This document shows positions 1 through 12,646 of a stretch of DNA of 64,000 nucleotides, piece after piece. Location of the stretch: contig NC_068989.1 in NCBI RefSeq assembly GCF_001194135.2, forward strand, positions 81,041,487-81,105,486. The letters run 5' to 3'. Source of the stretch: Octopus bimaculoides (taxonomy: Eukaryota). A program made the translations under genes and the position numbers. How positions within the stretch are numbered: position 1 is the first letter of the stretch; the number at the start of each line of letters is the position of its first letter. Below the pieces are notes generated by a model, which saw only the letters and a list, made by a program, of their open reading frames with translations, had not been told where the DNA came from and made no database searches.

Positions 1-173
1 ATATATACATATATACATATATACATATATATATATACATACATATATATATACATACATATATATATATATACATATATATATACATATATACATATAT
101 ATATACATATATATATACATATATATATATACATATATATATATACATATACATATATGTATATATATGTATA

Positions 174-205
<32 letters not shown>

Positions 206-249
206 CACACACACACACATATATATATATCTATATATATATCTATCTG

Positions 250-286
<37 letters not shown>

Positions 287-298
287 ATATATATATAT
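1..298. repeat. Compound (TA)n/(TACA)n microsatellite
   Basis: Directly visible. Confidence 0.98.
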
Positions 299-534
299 CC
301 AAGAGAAAGACAGACAGAGAGAAAGAGACACACATACTTGAATGCAATTTTCATCTACATAAATAAAGAGATGCACAAAAACGTTTTTAAATTACATACT
401 TGATAGCAAAGCATTAAAAAGAAATTTATGTTCATCACTGTCATTATGTTAGTATTTTTGAAATAATAACAATGAGCAAAGAAAATAGAAAAATTATAAA
501 ATGCTTCTAGAGATAAAGAAGTCAAGAAACCAAC

Positions 535-654
535 CTGGTGGTTTGTGAGCAGGAGGAGATGGGGCACAGCTTTCATCAGCATCCAACATCCCATTATGAA
601 AATGTGTATAATGATATGCAAGTCCAGGTCTTGTTTTGTATCGAGCCCCACACG
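535..654 (-). CDS. DPF2: DPF/d4 exon, C2H2 zinc finger
   Basis: catttcag|CG TGT...CCA G|gttggt, 120 bp. Encodes (A)CGARYKTRPGLAYHYTHFHNGMLDADESCAPSPPAHKPP (cf. CGKRYKNRPGLSYHYAHSH). The gene continues beyond the left edge of the window. Confidence 0.95.
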
Positions 655-865
655 CTGAAATGATAATTAGAATACAACTTAAAACATCAGTGCAAGCAAC
701 ACATGCAATTTTACAACTGTTACATGTAAAATTGTAACACTCTGAACACTTGTAAGGAAGAGAAAGACTATAATACATGTACATTAAGTGGACATATAGA
801 CCTAATTTTCTCTGGAACTTAATTATTCCATAAGCATGATTTCACTTCCAACACAAAGGACCTTT

Positions 866-1200
866 GTTATGGTGTGATGGCCTGAGTGCCTCAATGATCC
901 TGAGAGCTCTGCCAGGGAGCACAAGCTCCTGGTATGGGATCCTGGGTGAACAAATCAAAGGGTAGAAGCCACACTAGTATGAACCACTTCTTCCCAGAGG
1001 TAAAAATAGGTTTACATAGGGGCCAACATTCCTACCTAGAAAAAAAAAAGCAAAGTTATAGAAGCATCAATCGTAATTCAAAGTCCGACAAGACCTGGGA
1101 GAAGAGACAACCCAGAGTTGAGAACAGTGGAAAAAGGCCATTGATGGTTTGTTTATGCTCCATAGGGAGTGAAGGGCTTAAGTAAAGTAAAGTAAATATG
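866..1200 (+). mobile_element. Internally deleted LINE-derived (RTE-like) element
   Basis: GATGGCCTGAGTGCCTCAATGATCCTGAGAGCT 5' region and ...GGAGTGAAGGGCTTAAGT(AAAGT)n tail resemble RTE-type ends; assignment from recall only. Confidence 0.35.
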
Positions 1201-1290
1201 ACTTTACTTATTTCAAGTCACTACTTCTGCAACTATCATTTTCTTACGCAGGGATGGCTTAGTTAAGTCTGCAATCTTTCCTTGTATAAA

Positions 1291-1624
1291 AAGAGCCCCT
1301 TCAGTCATGAATGACAATGGGATTGCACCAAGAAAGTTACCCTCTGAGGCACAAGTCTGGGCAAGGTTGTTTATGGAAGACCAGCAGTCACCCATGCATA
1401 CCAGCCTCCCCTCTCCACACCACCAATGTTATCCAAGGGAAAGGCAAAGGCTGATACAACTTGGCACCAGTGACGTAACAACTCATTTCTACAGCTGAGT
1501 GAACTGGAGCAACGTGAAATAAAGTATCTTGCTCAAGTACACGACACACAGCCTAGTCTAGATTTGACCTCACTACCTCATGGTTGTAAGCCTGATACTC
1601 TAACCACTGAGCCATGTGCCTTCA
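1291..1624 (-). mobile_element. tRNA-derived SINE, family A
   Basis: Reverse complement of 6504-6836; tRNA-like head GGCTCAGTGGTTAGAG and TTGCTCCAGTTCACTCAGCTGTAGAAATGAG core. Confidence 0.85.
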
Positions 1625-2799
1625 TGTATTGATCCATTTTCAGCTCACTTCTGAACTATATTCTTGTATCTGAACTAATTACACCCTTGTGCCTAAGACA
1701 TCTTTAGTCAACCTCTACCATAACCTTTCACTCTGATCATAAGATATTCTACAACTATTTGTGCCATGTAAAAAGCACTTGTGCCAGTGTCACGTAAAAA
1801 GCACCAAGTACACCCTGTAAAATGGCTGGCATCCAATCAAAGAAATTGAGTCAAAACACACGACTGGAACCTGGTGCAGCTTTCCAGCTTGTCGGCTCTA
1901 GCCAAACCATCCAACCCATACCAGCATGGAAAACGGACATATGATGATGATGATAATGTTTAAACATCAGTACTGATCTCTTTCATATACAATAATCAAT
2001 ATCTTCAATGATTGGCTACTTTTACTACTCAATTACCCTTCTACGTTCTCAATACTGTACAACCAACAAACTATCTTTACTTGTTTAAGTCATTGGAACT
2101 CTGACTATGTTGGGGCACAACTTTGAAGGGCTTAGTTGAACAAATCGATCCAAGTACTTATTTGAAAGTTTGCAACTTATTCTACTGGTCTCTTTTACCA
2201 AAATGCTAAGTCACAAGGGAGTAAACAAACCAATACCGGTTGTCAAGCAGTGAGAGGATAAACACAAACACACACACATAAATGACAAGCTTCTACTGAG
2301 TTTCTATCAACCAAATTCACATGAAAGGCATTGGCTGGCCCAGAGCTACAGGGGCAAATACACACCAAAAGTGTCATGCAGTGGGGCTGGACCCTAAAAC
2401 CACATGGTTATAAGGCAAGCTCCTTAACGACTCAGCTATGCTATCACCTATATTCAAGTTATTCTTCAATCATGACAAATCTGCTTTCAGTGACATGCTT
2501 CACTGCATTAGTTTCACACTTCTTACAAATACCTCATGGTTTGCATAAATAGAGAAATACTACAACTGACAGCCAAAGTAATTGCTTTCTGAATAACACA
2601 CCCACTTCTATCAATTAACAACAGAACATATCTATTTCCAGCAATGTATCCAAGAAGTCTAGTCTTTAATTCAAAAGATACTCCTGATACCAGATACTTC
2701 AGTGACATTGTTTAATCTAGATATTTTTTTTTGTTTCATCTCAGTCTGATACAGACAAATTTGACATTTTCTTAATTTATTGTTGGACTCACTACCACT

Positions 2800-3320
2800 G
2801 AGGATCTCTCCTGGCAAAAGCATATCAAGAACCGGCCCTTCTGTCCACAGCTAGAAGATACACACAATAATTATTGACACTCCACAAGGATCAAGTGAAG
2901 CTACAATCAAGTGTTGCTCCCATGCCTGGGACAGTGCTGCTGCTGCTGCTGCACATGTAGAAGTCCAACCACTTCCAGATAAGAGCCACTTATATGACTG
3001 GTATAAATTTACAGACAAGCACCAGCCTATGACCCACAGGTATGTTATCTCCTCTTTCTGCTTTTTCTACTGTTACTATAATGGCCTCTCCTTTTTGGAG
3101 CTGGCTGGCTTCATGCCACTTCCACTCAAGTATTTCTGTCACACTTGCCTCTCTTCCTCTCATCACTTTATTGTTCCCATGTCCACCATCCACCACCAGG
3201 CTTCACACTAATCACTGTTCCTAGAACTTCAGACCTCTGGAATTACCTCCCTACTCACATCTTTCTTGCAAGTGTCAATTTACAAAGGTTCAAGAGGAAC
3301 GTTAATGATATCAATTCACC
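2800..3320 (+). mobile_element. CR1/L2-group LINE ORF2 3' fragment (degenerate)
   Basis: Frames give THRYVISSFCFFYCYYNGLSFLEL and VPRTSDLWNYLPTHIFLASVNLQRFKRNVN, typical post-RT motifs (HRRxVASLxLFYRYYxG; PRTxxLWNxLP). Confidence 0.75.
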
Positions 3321-4029
3321 AGTCATGGGGGGCCTCCAGAAGCCACAGATACTGACTCACCTACTTCTTCTAGGTCCAACAAATAAAAAAAAAGTCTTAT
3401 TTCTTTACACTAATCATAATAAGTAAAGACAATTTCCTGATATTCATGTTACATGTTAATACATTAGTCCTCACCATGGTAACCTTTAGGCTCAAGTCCC
3501 ACACTTTAACATTGTAAAGTTTTTATGCAATTCAACAGATTTCATCATCATTATTTAACATCTGTTTTCCATGCTGGCATGGACTGGACAGCTTGATTGG
3601 AACTGGTATGGCCAGGGGCTGTACCAGGCTCCATTGTCTGTTCTGGCACAGTTTCTACAGCTGGATGCCCTTCCTAAGACAAACAACTCCACAGAGTGTA
3701 CTAGTTGCTTTTTATGTGGCACCAGCACTGGTATCAAATCTGCTGTGGCATGCAATCCTGAACTTGTGTCTTCATCAAAGTCAAGATTGAACAGATATAA
3801 GCTCTCACTCAATTCATTACTGGTTCTGAGACATCTTAATGAAATATTTTTTAACTTAGACAAAATTGAGGCCAAATAAATGAGAACTTGGGCTTCTAAA
3901 TCATAGATCTTAACTATCTACCAGAGCAAGTATTTTGCTTGTCGACATACTTCAATTCATATAGCTGATGGAAAAAAGGTTCCAGGTCTTCTGAATATAT
4001 ACCCCTTGATAGACATTGTTATAAGTATA

Positions 4030-4565
4030 TAATTCAAGTACCTAATACCATAAAATATAGCTAAATAAACCATTCCTGCTAGGCCTTTGGGAACTCCAGC
4101 TATCTATTTAAAGCTGTATATGGCTATGGTGTGACCACACTTGGAATTTACATCACCAATCTAGAACCCTTATCTTGCTCAGGACGTTGACCTCCTGGAA
4201 ACTGTTCAGAGATGTACAACCAAGCAAATACCCTCCATCAGGCATCTACCATACTCTGAATGCCTTGCTTCCCTGGGCATAGATACAGTGAAGCTCCAGC
4301 ATCTGGCAACTGACTTAGTAAACACCCATAAAATTATTAACCATCACACCAACAACCACCTTGAACACCTTTTTGAGCTCCATGTGTCTTAATACACATG
4401 GGCATACCTACATCAGAAAACAGCACAGCTCCTATGACTTTTGGAAACATTTTTTCACTCACAGTTGCTGAAGCATAGAACAAACTACCTGCATCAGTTG
4501 TTAGTTGCTGAGACATTGCATCCTTTAAAACCTTGCTTCCTGAAGTTCGCCAACACTACACCTGA
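4030..4565 (+). mobile_element. CR1-like LINE ORF2 3' fragment (degenerate)
   Basis: Interrupted frames give LYMAMV*PHLE, QDVDLLETVQRCTTK and NKLPASVV, matching the CR1 LYKxxVRPHLEY / LExVQRRATK / WNxLP motifs. Confidence 0.75.
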
Positions 4566-4889
4566 TATTCCCCCCTCCATATACATGCACATATGAATAT
4601 CATGACTCATACTGTTCACTTTCCTGACCTTTGTACATAATTCTATGTACTGTACATGCACCTTTGATGAGTTGCAGTGCACCTGAGCACTATTAAGCAT
4701 CAGTATACCCACGCCATCATATATGCAAGCAGTTTTATTAATGATAGAAAATGGCACATCAAAACAATGGGAGAAACCATTGATAAATTTAAACAATTGA
4801 GTAAATATCTGTACACAGATAGAATTGAAGCACTTGAACAATCAGACATGGTTATAATGTTTCAGTTAAAAATATTATCATCTACATAA

Positions 4890-4942
<53 letters not shown>

Positions 4943-5459
4943 GCAGCGTGCAGTTGAGACATGCTAGTCAGAGAGGATGGTTAATGTTCATAATTTCAAA
5001 ACTTATGACTGAGTGAAAGAGATATTCCTAAGTCACAGCAACATTTAAGCTGACTAACTAAGAATTATGGGATTGCAGTAAAATGAGGTATACTGTGACA
5101 AAGTGAAATTAAAGTGTTTATTTTCTTGCTTTGTTTTGTTACAACTGCAAGTGTTTTTTTCTACAAAATGAAACTTGAAACTTACAAAAAAATATGAGAG
5201 CAAAAATAACAGCCAAATCTCCAACAAACACTTTTTTACAACTTTGTCACAGTATACCTCATTTTACTGTGGGAATTGAAATTTTGAAGTTGTGATTTTC
5301 ATCAATTTTTTTATTTCAGAATTGGAATTTCCATAGCCGAAAATATGGGTTTCCATGAAAAAAAAAAAATTGCTTTAAGTGTGTGTGTATGGGAGTACGT
5401 CTCTGCCATGTGCGCCAAGTATTTATTGCATGACCAACCTCAGAAGTCACTGCATGCCA

Positions 5460-5850
5460 CTGATATCATCATCATCATCGTTTAACGTCTGCTTTCCATG
5501 CTAGCATGGGTTGGACGGTTTGATTGAGGACTGGTGAACCAGATGGCTACACCAGGCTCAAATCTGATTTGGCAGTTTCTACAGCTGGATGCCCTTCCTA
5601 ATAACAACCACTCCAAGAGTGTAGTGGGTGCTTTTACGTGCCACTGACACGAAGGCCAGTCAGGCGGTACTGGCAACAGCCACGCTTAAAATGGTGTATT
5701 TTACGTGCCACCTGCACAAGAGCCAGTCCAAGCAGCACTGGCAATGATCTCACTCGAATGACTTTTCACGTGACACCGGTACAAGTGCCAGGAACGCGAA
5801 GTTGCGGCACAAGTGCCAGGAAGGCGACACTGGTAACAATCATGCTCAAA
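5460..5850 (-). mobile_element. RTE 3'-tail repeat (family D)
   Basis: (CAT)n-GTTTAACGTC...GGATGCCCTTCCTAA. Other copies: ~1760-1960(+), 3545-3740(-), 7240-7430(+), 15720-15960(+), 28520-28770(+), 29500-29830(+), 37590-37850(+), 39930-40150(+), 41070-41200(-), 48350-48560(-), 56740-56900(-), 58720-58875(+). Confidence 0.85.
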
Positions 5851-6503
5851 AGGTGGTGCCAATATACAGATTATATGTGTATATGTGGAGGCTCATAGCT
5901 TACTGGTTAGGGTTTCAGACTATGATTATAAAATTGCGACTTCAATTCCTAGACCAGGCAAAGCATTGTGTTCTTGAGCAAAATACTTCTTTTCATGTTG
6001 CTCTAGTCCACCTGGCTGGTAAAAATGAGTAATGCTGCAATAGATCAGTGTCCCATCCAGTGGGGAATATATGCACTATGGAAACCAGCCCTATGAGTGT
6101 ATATGACTCAGGAAGGATTTTTATCTTTTATGTGTGTGTGTACACACACACACACATACTTATCTACCTACATGCATGCATGGATACATACATATGGTGG
6201 GTTTCTTTCAGTTTCTGTCAACCAAATCTAATTACAAGGCTTTGGTAGGCCCTGAGCTAGAGAAGAAAACACTTGTGCAAGGTGCCAATTCATGCTTGTT
6301 TATGTGTGTGCGTGCATGTATATATCTGGTATTTTGTTGTGGCTCAATTTACTGGTCTTTTCTAAGAAATGGGACTGTTATATTGTTTATCGCAATGCTA
6401 CCCCCTCCTCCCCCAGTCAATGGGACTTTGTCTTACCTTGCCTGTTACTTGGTGTTCTTTTCCCCAGTGCACCCTTCATTTTGTCAGTAATACTTCTGAC
6501 TTT

Positions 6504-6836
6504 GTGAAGCATGGCTCAGTGGTTAGAGTGTTGGGCTTAAAATCATGAGATAATAAGTTCGATTCCTAGACCAGGTTGTGTGTTGTGTTTTTGAACAAGA
6601 CAGTTCATTTCACGTTGCTCCAGTTCACTCAACTGTAGAAATGAGTTGTGGCATCATTGGTGCCAGGCTGTATCCGCCTTTGCCTTTCCCTTGGATAACA
6701 CCAGTGGTGTGAAACAGAAGGCTGATATGTGTAGGTGACTACTGGTCTTTCATAAACAACCCTGCCTGGATTTATGCCTTGGAGGGGAACTTTCTAGGAG
6801 CAATCCCATGACCATTCATGATTGATGGGGGTCTTT
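6504..6836 (+). mobile_element. tRNA-derived SINE, family A
   Basis: A-box TGGCTCAGTGG, B-box GTTCGATTCC, same body as 1291-1624. Confidence 0.85.
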
Positions 6837-7568
6837 ACCTTTTACTTCTGACTTTGGTCTTAGCAATGTTCATCTCTCTCACATACTACCCCAATTCACT
6901 TCACATCATCCTTGCTGCCACATGCTGCCTCCACCCGTATTCACTACTAACTGCATCTCTCTCTATTCATCTCCTATTCACCTCTCACACCTCCATAAAC
7001 TTACCTATCAACCTATACTACTTCTCTTTATTCACCTTCCTGTAAGTTGAGGGTATGCCCTGACAAATCTTCACTGCAGTTCTCTTCTAACTGGGGTAGT
7101 CATGTATCTCCCTGACTGCAAGACACCTGTTCCTATCCCCACCATTGTTTAACCTCTCATCACCTAGCATAAAGCCACCTCTCTCAACATACTCCCCCCA
7201 CCAACCTCAGTTGAGGGGCCTTGTCTTGTAAGTTACTTGATAACCTTATCAGTACCAGTAGCATGTAAAAACTCACCCACTCTCTAAAGTAGCTGGTAGT
7301 AGCAACGGCATTCAACCATACAAACCATGCTAAAGCAGACAATGGAGCTTGGCGCAGTTCCGACTTGCCAACACCTGCTGAATCATCCAACCCATGCCAG
7401 CAAGGAAAAACATACATTAAAATGATGATGAGTAACTGAAGATGTCAGATTCTTCCTGAATAACACCAACTATGGTTTGTAAATAAACTTAGATCTTAGA
7501 AAGTCAAATACAAGAGGGTAAGAGAAAAAAAAAAAAAGAAGGAAAAGAATAAGAATATAAACCATTAC

Positions 7569-7647
7569 CTTCGCAACAGTATGGCTTGTCTTTGTCATCA
7601 ATTGGTGTAGATTCTTTGTCAACTTTCCTTCTGCCTCGCCCGCCTCC
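7569..7647 (-). CDS. DPF2: DPF/d4 exon, start of C2H2 zinc finger
   Basis: ttttttgtcag|GGA GGC...GAA G|gtaatg, 79 bp. Encodes GGGRGRRKVDKESTPIDDKDKPYCCE (cf. DPF2 EDRDKPYACD). Confidence 0.92.
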
Positions 7648-8282
7648 CTGACAAAAAAAAAAAGTGAAAAAAAAAACAAACAATCATTGCATTGTCAGCA
7701 AATACATATAGAAGAAATGCTAATATTACTTATCTAGCAGACTAAAGAGAGGGGGAAAAAAAAGGATTGTTAATTGTCGGTATTCTCTCTAAGTGAAATT
7801 ATCTTACAGAATGTATGTTGTCACATCCACATGATTGTTTTATACAAAACAAGATGCTGTAATTTATCAAGAAAAAAAGTTTTGAAACAATTTATTTAAT
7901 CTCATGTAGAATAGAATGTATTTTGAGATTGCACTAAGATTTGAACCTACAAATATGCTACAATGGCAACTGCAATATCAGTTCTTCACATGAAAAAAAA
8001 ATTTTTTCAAAACTCCTGTCTTGGAAACCTTGCTATTTATACTGTGTGGAAGCTCCACGCAAATACAAATAAAAATATTACTAAAATACTGCTTAAACTT
8101 TTTTCAGCAAGTTACCACTATGAAAGTTTGCAAGTGTTTTAAACAAATGTACCAATAATTCACACAGACATTCCTTTTTGCAGAACCATCAAAGCCATTT
8201 TAGCATGGAGAAAGGTGATAAAAACAAACAATTTATATGGTTATTATCACTAATTATTAATAAGTTAAATATCTATACACAC

Positions 8283-8488
8283 TTTTTTCTTTTTCTTCCG
8301 TATAATCTCTTCATAATCACTTATGTCTGAATGATAATCCACACCTTCTCCAACATCAGGCGGCTCACTAATATTTTCCACTTCTTCATACCATTTATCC
8401 TTACTGTTTTCACTCTTTAAATCTTCGCGATCATCATCATCTCCACGTCGAATAGCTGGGTTTTCAATGGCACTAATTTGATGCATGT
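8283..8488 (-). CDS. DPF2: DPF/d4 exon, acidic/basic linker
   Basis: tttccag|AC ATG...AAA|gtgtgt, 206 bp, phase 1-0. Encodes (D)MHQISAIENP...SDISDYEEIIRKKKKK; SDYEE followed by a basic stretch matches the DPF linker. Phases fit both neighbours. Confidence 0.88.
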
Positions 8489-10450
8489 CTGGAAACGAAA
8501 TTTAATATCATTACAGCCAAAAACTGAAATAAATAAATGTAATATAAATAACTGAATAATGTAATATTTCTATTTTTGTGAGACACCTTAAAAACAATAG
8601 CAGTATTTAATTGTAACAAACATTTTAGTATGTGACCACAATTATTAATTTCAAATTACAAAATTTAAGAATTTGATGAAATATCCATGTATTTTAGCAC
8701 AAAGTCCAATGGCATCGAAGAAAGCCATTTCTTTAATTATTCACTATAGGAGTATTATTTGTTAACGTAAAACCTGTATAAAATTTTATATCACTGCAAT
8801 AATTTCTCAAAAGTTTTATGAAAGACAAAATTTAAAAGTAAATTAATTTAAAGGAACTCTACAGTCAGAATACAATAATTTATTAGTGTATTCTTTAGTC
8901 TAAGTAGCACAATATTTATATTGGGTAGCCTGAGACAGCAACCCATTCATAGTTTTATTGAATGCTTTCAAGATATAAACATTTTCTCCAATCATGTTAT
9001 ATAACTGGATTAATTCTAAGGTTTTTGGTTGTTAAAATTAAATGAAAGTCTCTAAAATCAATGTAGATGGATGATAAAATGTAAGAAATGATTTTTGTAA
9101 TTTTTCTTCATTAGAATGCCTATGTAATTAAAGTCATATGTAATAAATTCAGTTTCATTTAAGTCAAAAGAAATTACATGATAAAACACATTTTGTTTAT
9201 CACATCAGGCTACAATATTAATTTCACATTTGCAATCTATATTGGAATTAAACAAGTATCAAGCTTATAGATTCCTAAAAATACAGTTATTGAACTTTGT
9301 TTCCTTACAAATTGCTAATGGCTTTGTAATTAAGTCACACCTTTAAACATGTGGTTCCAGTTCTATCCCACTCTACAGTACCTTGGACATGTATTTTACT
9401 ATAGCCTCATGGTATCTAATACTTTTTGAGTGAAATCTTGTGGACAGACACTATGTGAATGCCTGTCATATATGTATATCTTTTGTTGATATGTATCAGC
9501 AAAATAACTGATAAGCTAGTATATTCAAACAAAAATACCATATGGTATTTTATCTGACTGAGATGCAGACACACCCTTCTTACTTACAAATAAATTTTAA
9601 AAATGCTATGAACCTGTATTCAACTCACTGGAAACCAACAATGCTGTGTCATTCAAAAAATTTATAATATAAATTAATAAAATAATTATAATGTAGGGTT
9701 TATTGGTAATTAGAAATATTAACATTAGAAGTTTATATTAAGTTACAGAATACTGCGAAGAATATTAGCAATGAAATCTAAAAAGCAATTTAGTAATTTG
9801 AGATATTTTAGTGGCTGTAGAAAATGCTAAAGCGATAGTGATAATGTTACCATATTCATAGTAAAGTAGTTTGGAGCTGAAAATTCAAGATTTTATTAAA
9901 TGCACTGATTATAATTTAAATGAGTTTTATTAAAATATTTGATATAGAAGTAATGATGGTAGCAAGGATAATAAATTTTTATTTTACGAAGTTTTAATAT
10001 ATCTTTACATTCTAAAGCTAAAACTAAAGTTTAATATATCCTTATCAGTGTGTGTGTGTGGTTGTGCTATGTGTGTGTGTGTGTGTACATATGTGTTGTC
10101 AGAGCTAAAGGAACTTACCCAATGACTGAGAAACAGGAAGGCACCACCAGGACTTGTACCCTAGTAACAAAGATTCAGAACTGAATGCAGGAACTAAACT
10201 ATTATCTCGAACATATGGGTAAGTTGTAAATTTACAACTGAATAGTATTGTAAAACTTGACAATAAATGACTTAAAGCCAATTAAAGAAAGTATATATTT
10301 ATAATATGACATGAAGAAATATTTCAAGCTAAACAAAATATAATACAAAGTTTACACAATTAAAAATCAGGTAAAACATTCCAAAAGAACTACACAAGAG
10401 AATTGTCCAAAAACTAAACACATCACATGTGGAAGATACAGAAGTAACTT

Positions 10451-10696
10451 TTAACCCTTCAGCATTTAAACCAGCCATGTCTGGCTCAAATATTCTAGTA
10501 GTTTTGCATTCAAAACTGCCAGATCTGGCCTCTCACAACTATCCTACAATGTATTTCTAAAGATAAACAATCACATCATCGAAATCTTAAAGCTACGAGA
10601 TAATGCATAATTAATACAAAATGGCCTTAATGATGATGATTGAATGTGAATAAATAAGTATTATATTTGACAGTAATCTGAATGCTAAAGCTTTAA
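10451..10696. mobile_element. Non-autonomous TTAA-flanked (piggyBac-type) MITE
   Basis: TTAA-CCCTTCAGCATTT...AATGCTAAAGCT-TTAA; a related copy lies at 63411-63514. Confidence 0.7.
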
Positions 10697-10932
10697 ATCC
10701 AGAATGGAACAAAAAATACAACAGAATAAATTATCAGGTAGGGTATTTAAATATTAATGTAAAACAATATTACAAAATTCTTCGTTGGATGACATTTAGG
10801 AAACCAGGATAAAATTTATTTTTAAAGTGATTAGAAGGTAGTAGAATACAAAAATAATGGAATATAAATTGAAAGAATAAAGAAAAATTAACAATCAATA
10901 ATATATTCATTTGAGAGGAAGCCAAAGGCTAG

Positions 10933-11131
10933 CAATCTCAGGTGAGGGGGTAAGTTGATTACATGAACCCCAGTACTCAATTGTATCAACCCCAGTACTA
11001 ATTTTATCAACCCCCAAAAGGATGAATGGCTAAGTCGGCCTTGGCGGAATTTGAACTCAGAACATGAAGATGGATGAAATGCTGTTAAGCATTCCACCCA
11101 GTTGCTAACGATTCTGCCAGCTGGCCACCAT
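10933..11131 (-). mobile_element. SINE family C
   Basis: Minus-strand head GCTGGCAGAATCGTTAGC...GAGTTCAAATTCCGCC and CATCCTTTTGGGGGTTGATAAAAT core. Confidence 0.8.
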
Positions 11132-12088
11132 AGAGGATGCCAAACTATTATTGCTTGTGTTGGCTATTTCCTGTCTCCCTAATGTAGACAGTCCACCTTA
11201 TACACTAAGGTAGTGTTCACTATTGTAAAATAAAGTACGTATTTAACAAGGTTGGTGGGGGGAATTAGCTCATGAATGGATTAGGATCAGTGTTATAGCA
11301 CCAATACCAATCTCCTTATGAATTTGCTGAGACAGGAAACCAATCTACTATAACTGTCTTAAAATATTTAGTACCTCTTTTTGTTGAGGTCAATATGCTA
11401 ATTATCCATACCTGGATATTTTCAACTATGAAAAGACAAGCCATCGACTATTTGTTACACCTGCATGAGCTGAGTAAAATATTTTAAAATAGTAAATGGT
11501 TAGTTTCTATTTTACACAATTATTGCTTAAAGGAAATGAGCTGGTATAAGTTCTGTAATTTAAAGCAAAGAGATGATGTAGGTTATGTTATTTTAAGCAA
11601 ATAAAAGAGTCATCTTGGAAAATTACATGAATGTGTAGTAGGTTTATCATCAAGAGACAACTCTGACCAGATTTGAGCTTGAAGACATGAAATGATTATC
11701 GGCTTTGTCAAGCAATCAACCAATTAATGTCATCCACAAGTTGCATCTTTCTTTTGTAGTAGTAAATTTGATATATTTTATAGATTTTTGGAACAAAATA
11801 AAATTTGAAAGAAATGAGCTACAAAATTATTAATATCCAAATTTGACATAGAGGAAACAAACATATATATATATAAAAAGGTAATAGAAAATTTGAAGGC
11901 CATTAGGAACTAGAAATTAAAGACATACCTATTAATTTGCAGAGAAAGGGAAAAAGAGAGTTAGATGTGAAGTATGAGAAGATTTGAAAAAGCAGATGAA
12001 GAGAAGGAAATAAGAGAAGCATCCAGCTGTAAAATTAATCTAAGTCTTAGGCATTGTGAATGAAATGAAGTAAATATTGACTCCATAC

Positions 12089-12208
12089 CTGCTTCTCCAG
12101 TTTCTATATCACCAGCTCGGGCCATCCTCACTTCAGTGGGGAAAAATGCCCGCTTTCTTTTCTTCCATCTTCTGGCAGGATAAGAATACAGTTGTCCTTG
12201 ATTTTCAC
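12089..12208 (-). CDS. DPF2: DPF/d4 exon, end of Requiem domain with basic NLS-like motif
   Basis: ttaaag|GT GAA...GCA G|gtatgg, 120 bp, phase 1-1. Encodes (G)ENQGQLYSYPARRWKKRKRAFFPTEVRMARAGDIETGEA; GQLYSYPARRWxKxR is the DPF hallmark. Confidence 0.95.
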
Positions 12209-12482
12209 CTTTAATTATTAAGCAAAAAAATTAGCATTAAAAGGAAATGTTTTGTTCAGAGTTATTAAAAAATGCGAAAGAGGAGCTTTTGTAAATCCAG
12301 CAAGAATGTTGAAACAATGACCTAGAGAACTATTTTACTTTTTTCAATATTCAATTAAATACTACCTCAAGAAAATTTTAATAGTTATTTTTAAAATTAA
12401 ACAATACTGGAAAGTAGCATAAAATATTCAAGAAAAACACTAACAGTTAAAATATAGAAAAATGGCTTAAAATATAGCTTAC

Positions 12483-12646
12483 CAGGGCATCTGTTTATGT
12501 ACTGCTGCCACAGAGTAGTGTGATTTTGAGCCACACCTGTCTGGGAATCCAGAAAAGGTTGTCTCATTTTTCTCTCAAGAGATATTCGAGTATTTAAACT
12601 TGCAGTTTGTTCAGCAGCTTCTTTCAAAAATTGTTCACTGACAATA
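12483..12646 (-). CDS. DPF2: DPF/d4 exon, Requiem N-terminal domain
   Basis: tttgtag|T ATT GTC...CCT G|gtaagc. Encodes [54 protein letters not shown], recognisably homologous to DPF2 [37 protein letters not shown]. The invertebrate gene is likely co-orthologous to DPF1/2/3. Confidence 0.95.

Noticed and set aside
157-403. ORFs made of IY/TH/CV/LS/poly-H/poly-M runs (also ~28600-29630, 33600-35065, 36540-36860, 41070-41845, 43140-43640, 46730-47440, 48040-48510, 50390-50650, 57430-57750)
   Set aside because: Translations of microsatellites and N gaps; no coding signal.
6504-6580. tRNA-like sequences with A and B boxes (also at other SINE heads)
   Set aside because: They run directly into shared SINE bodies and lack a complete cloverleaf, so they are not tRNA genes.
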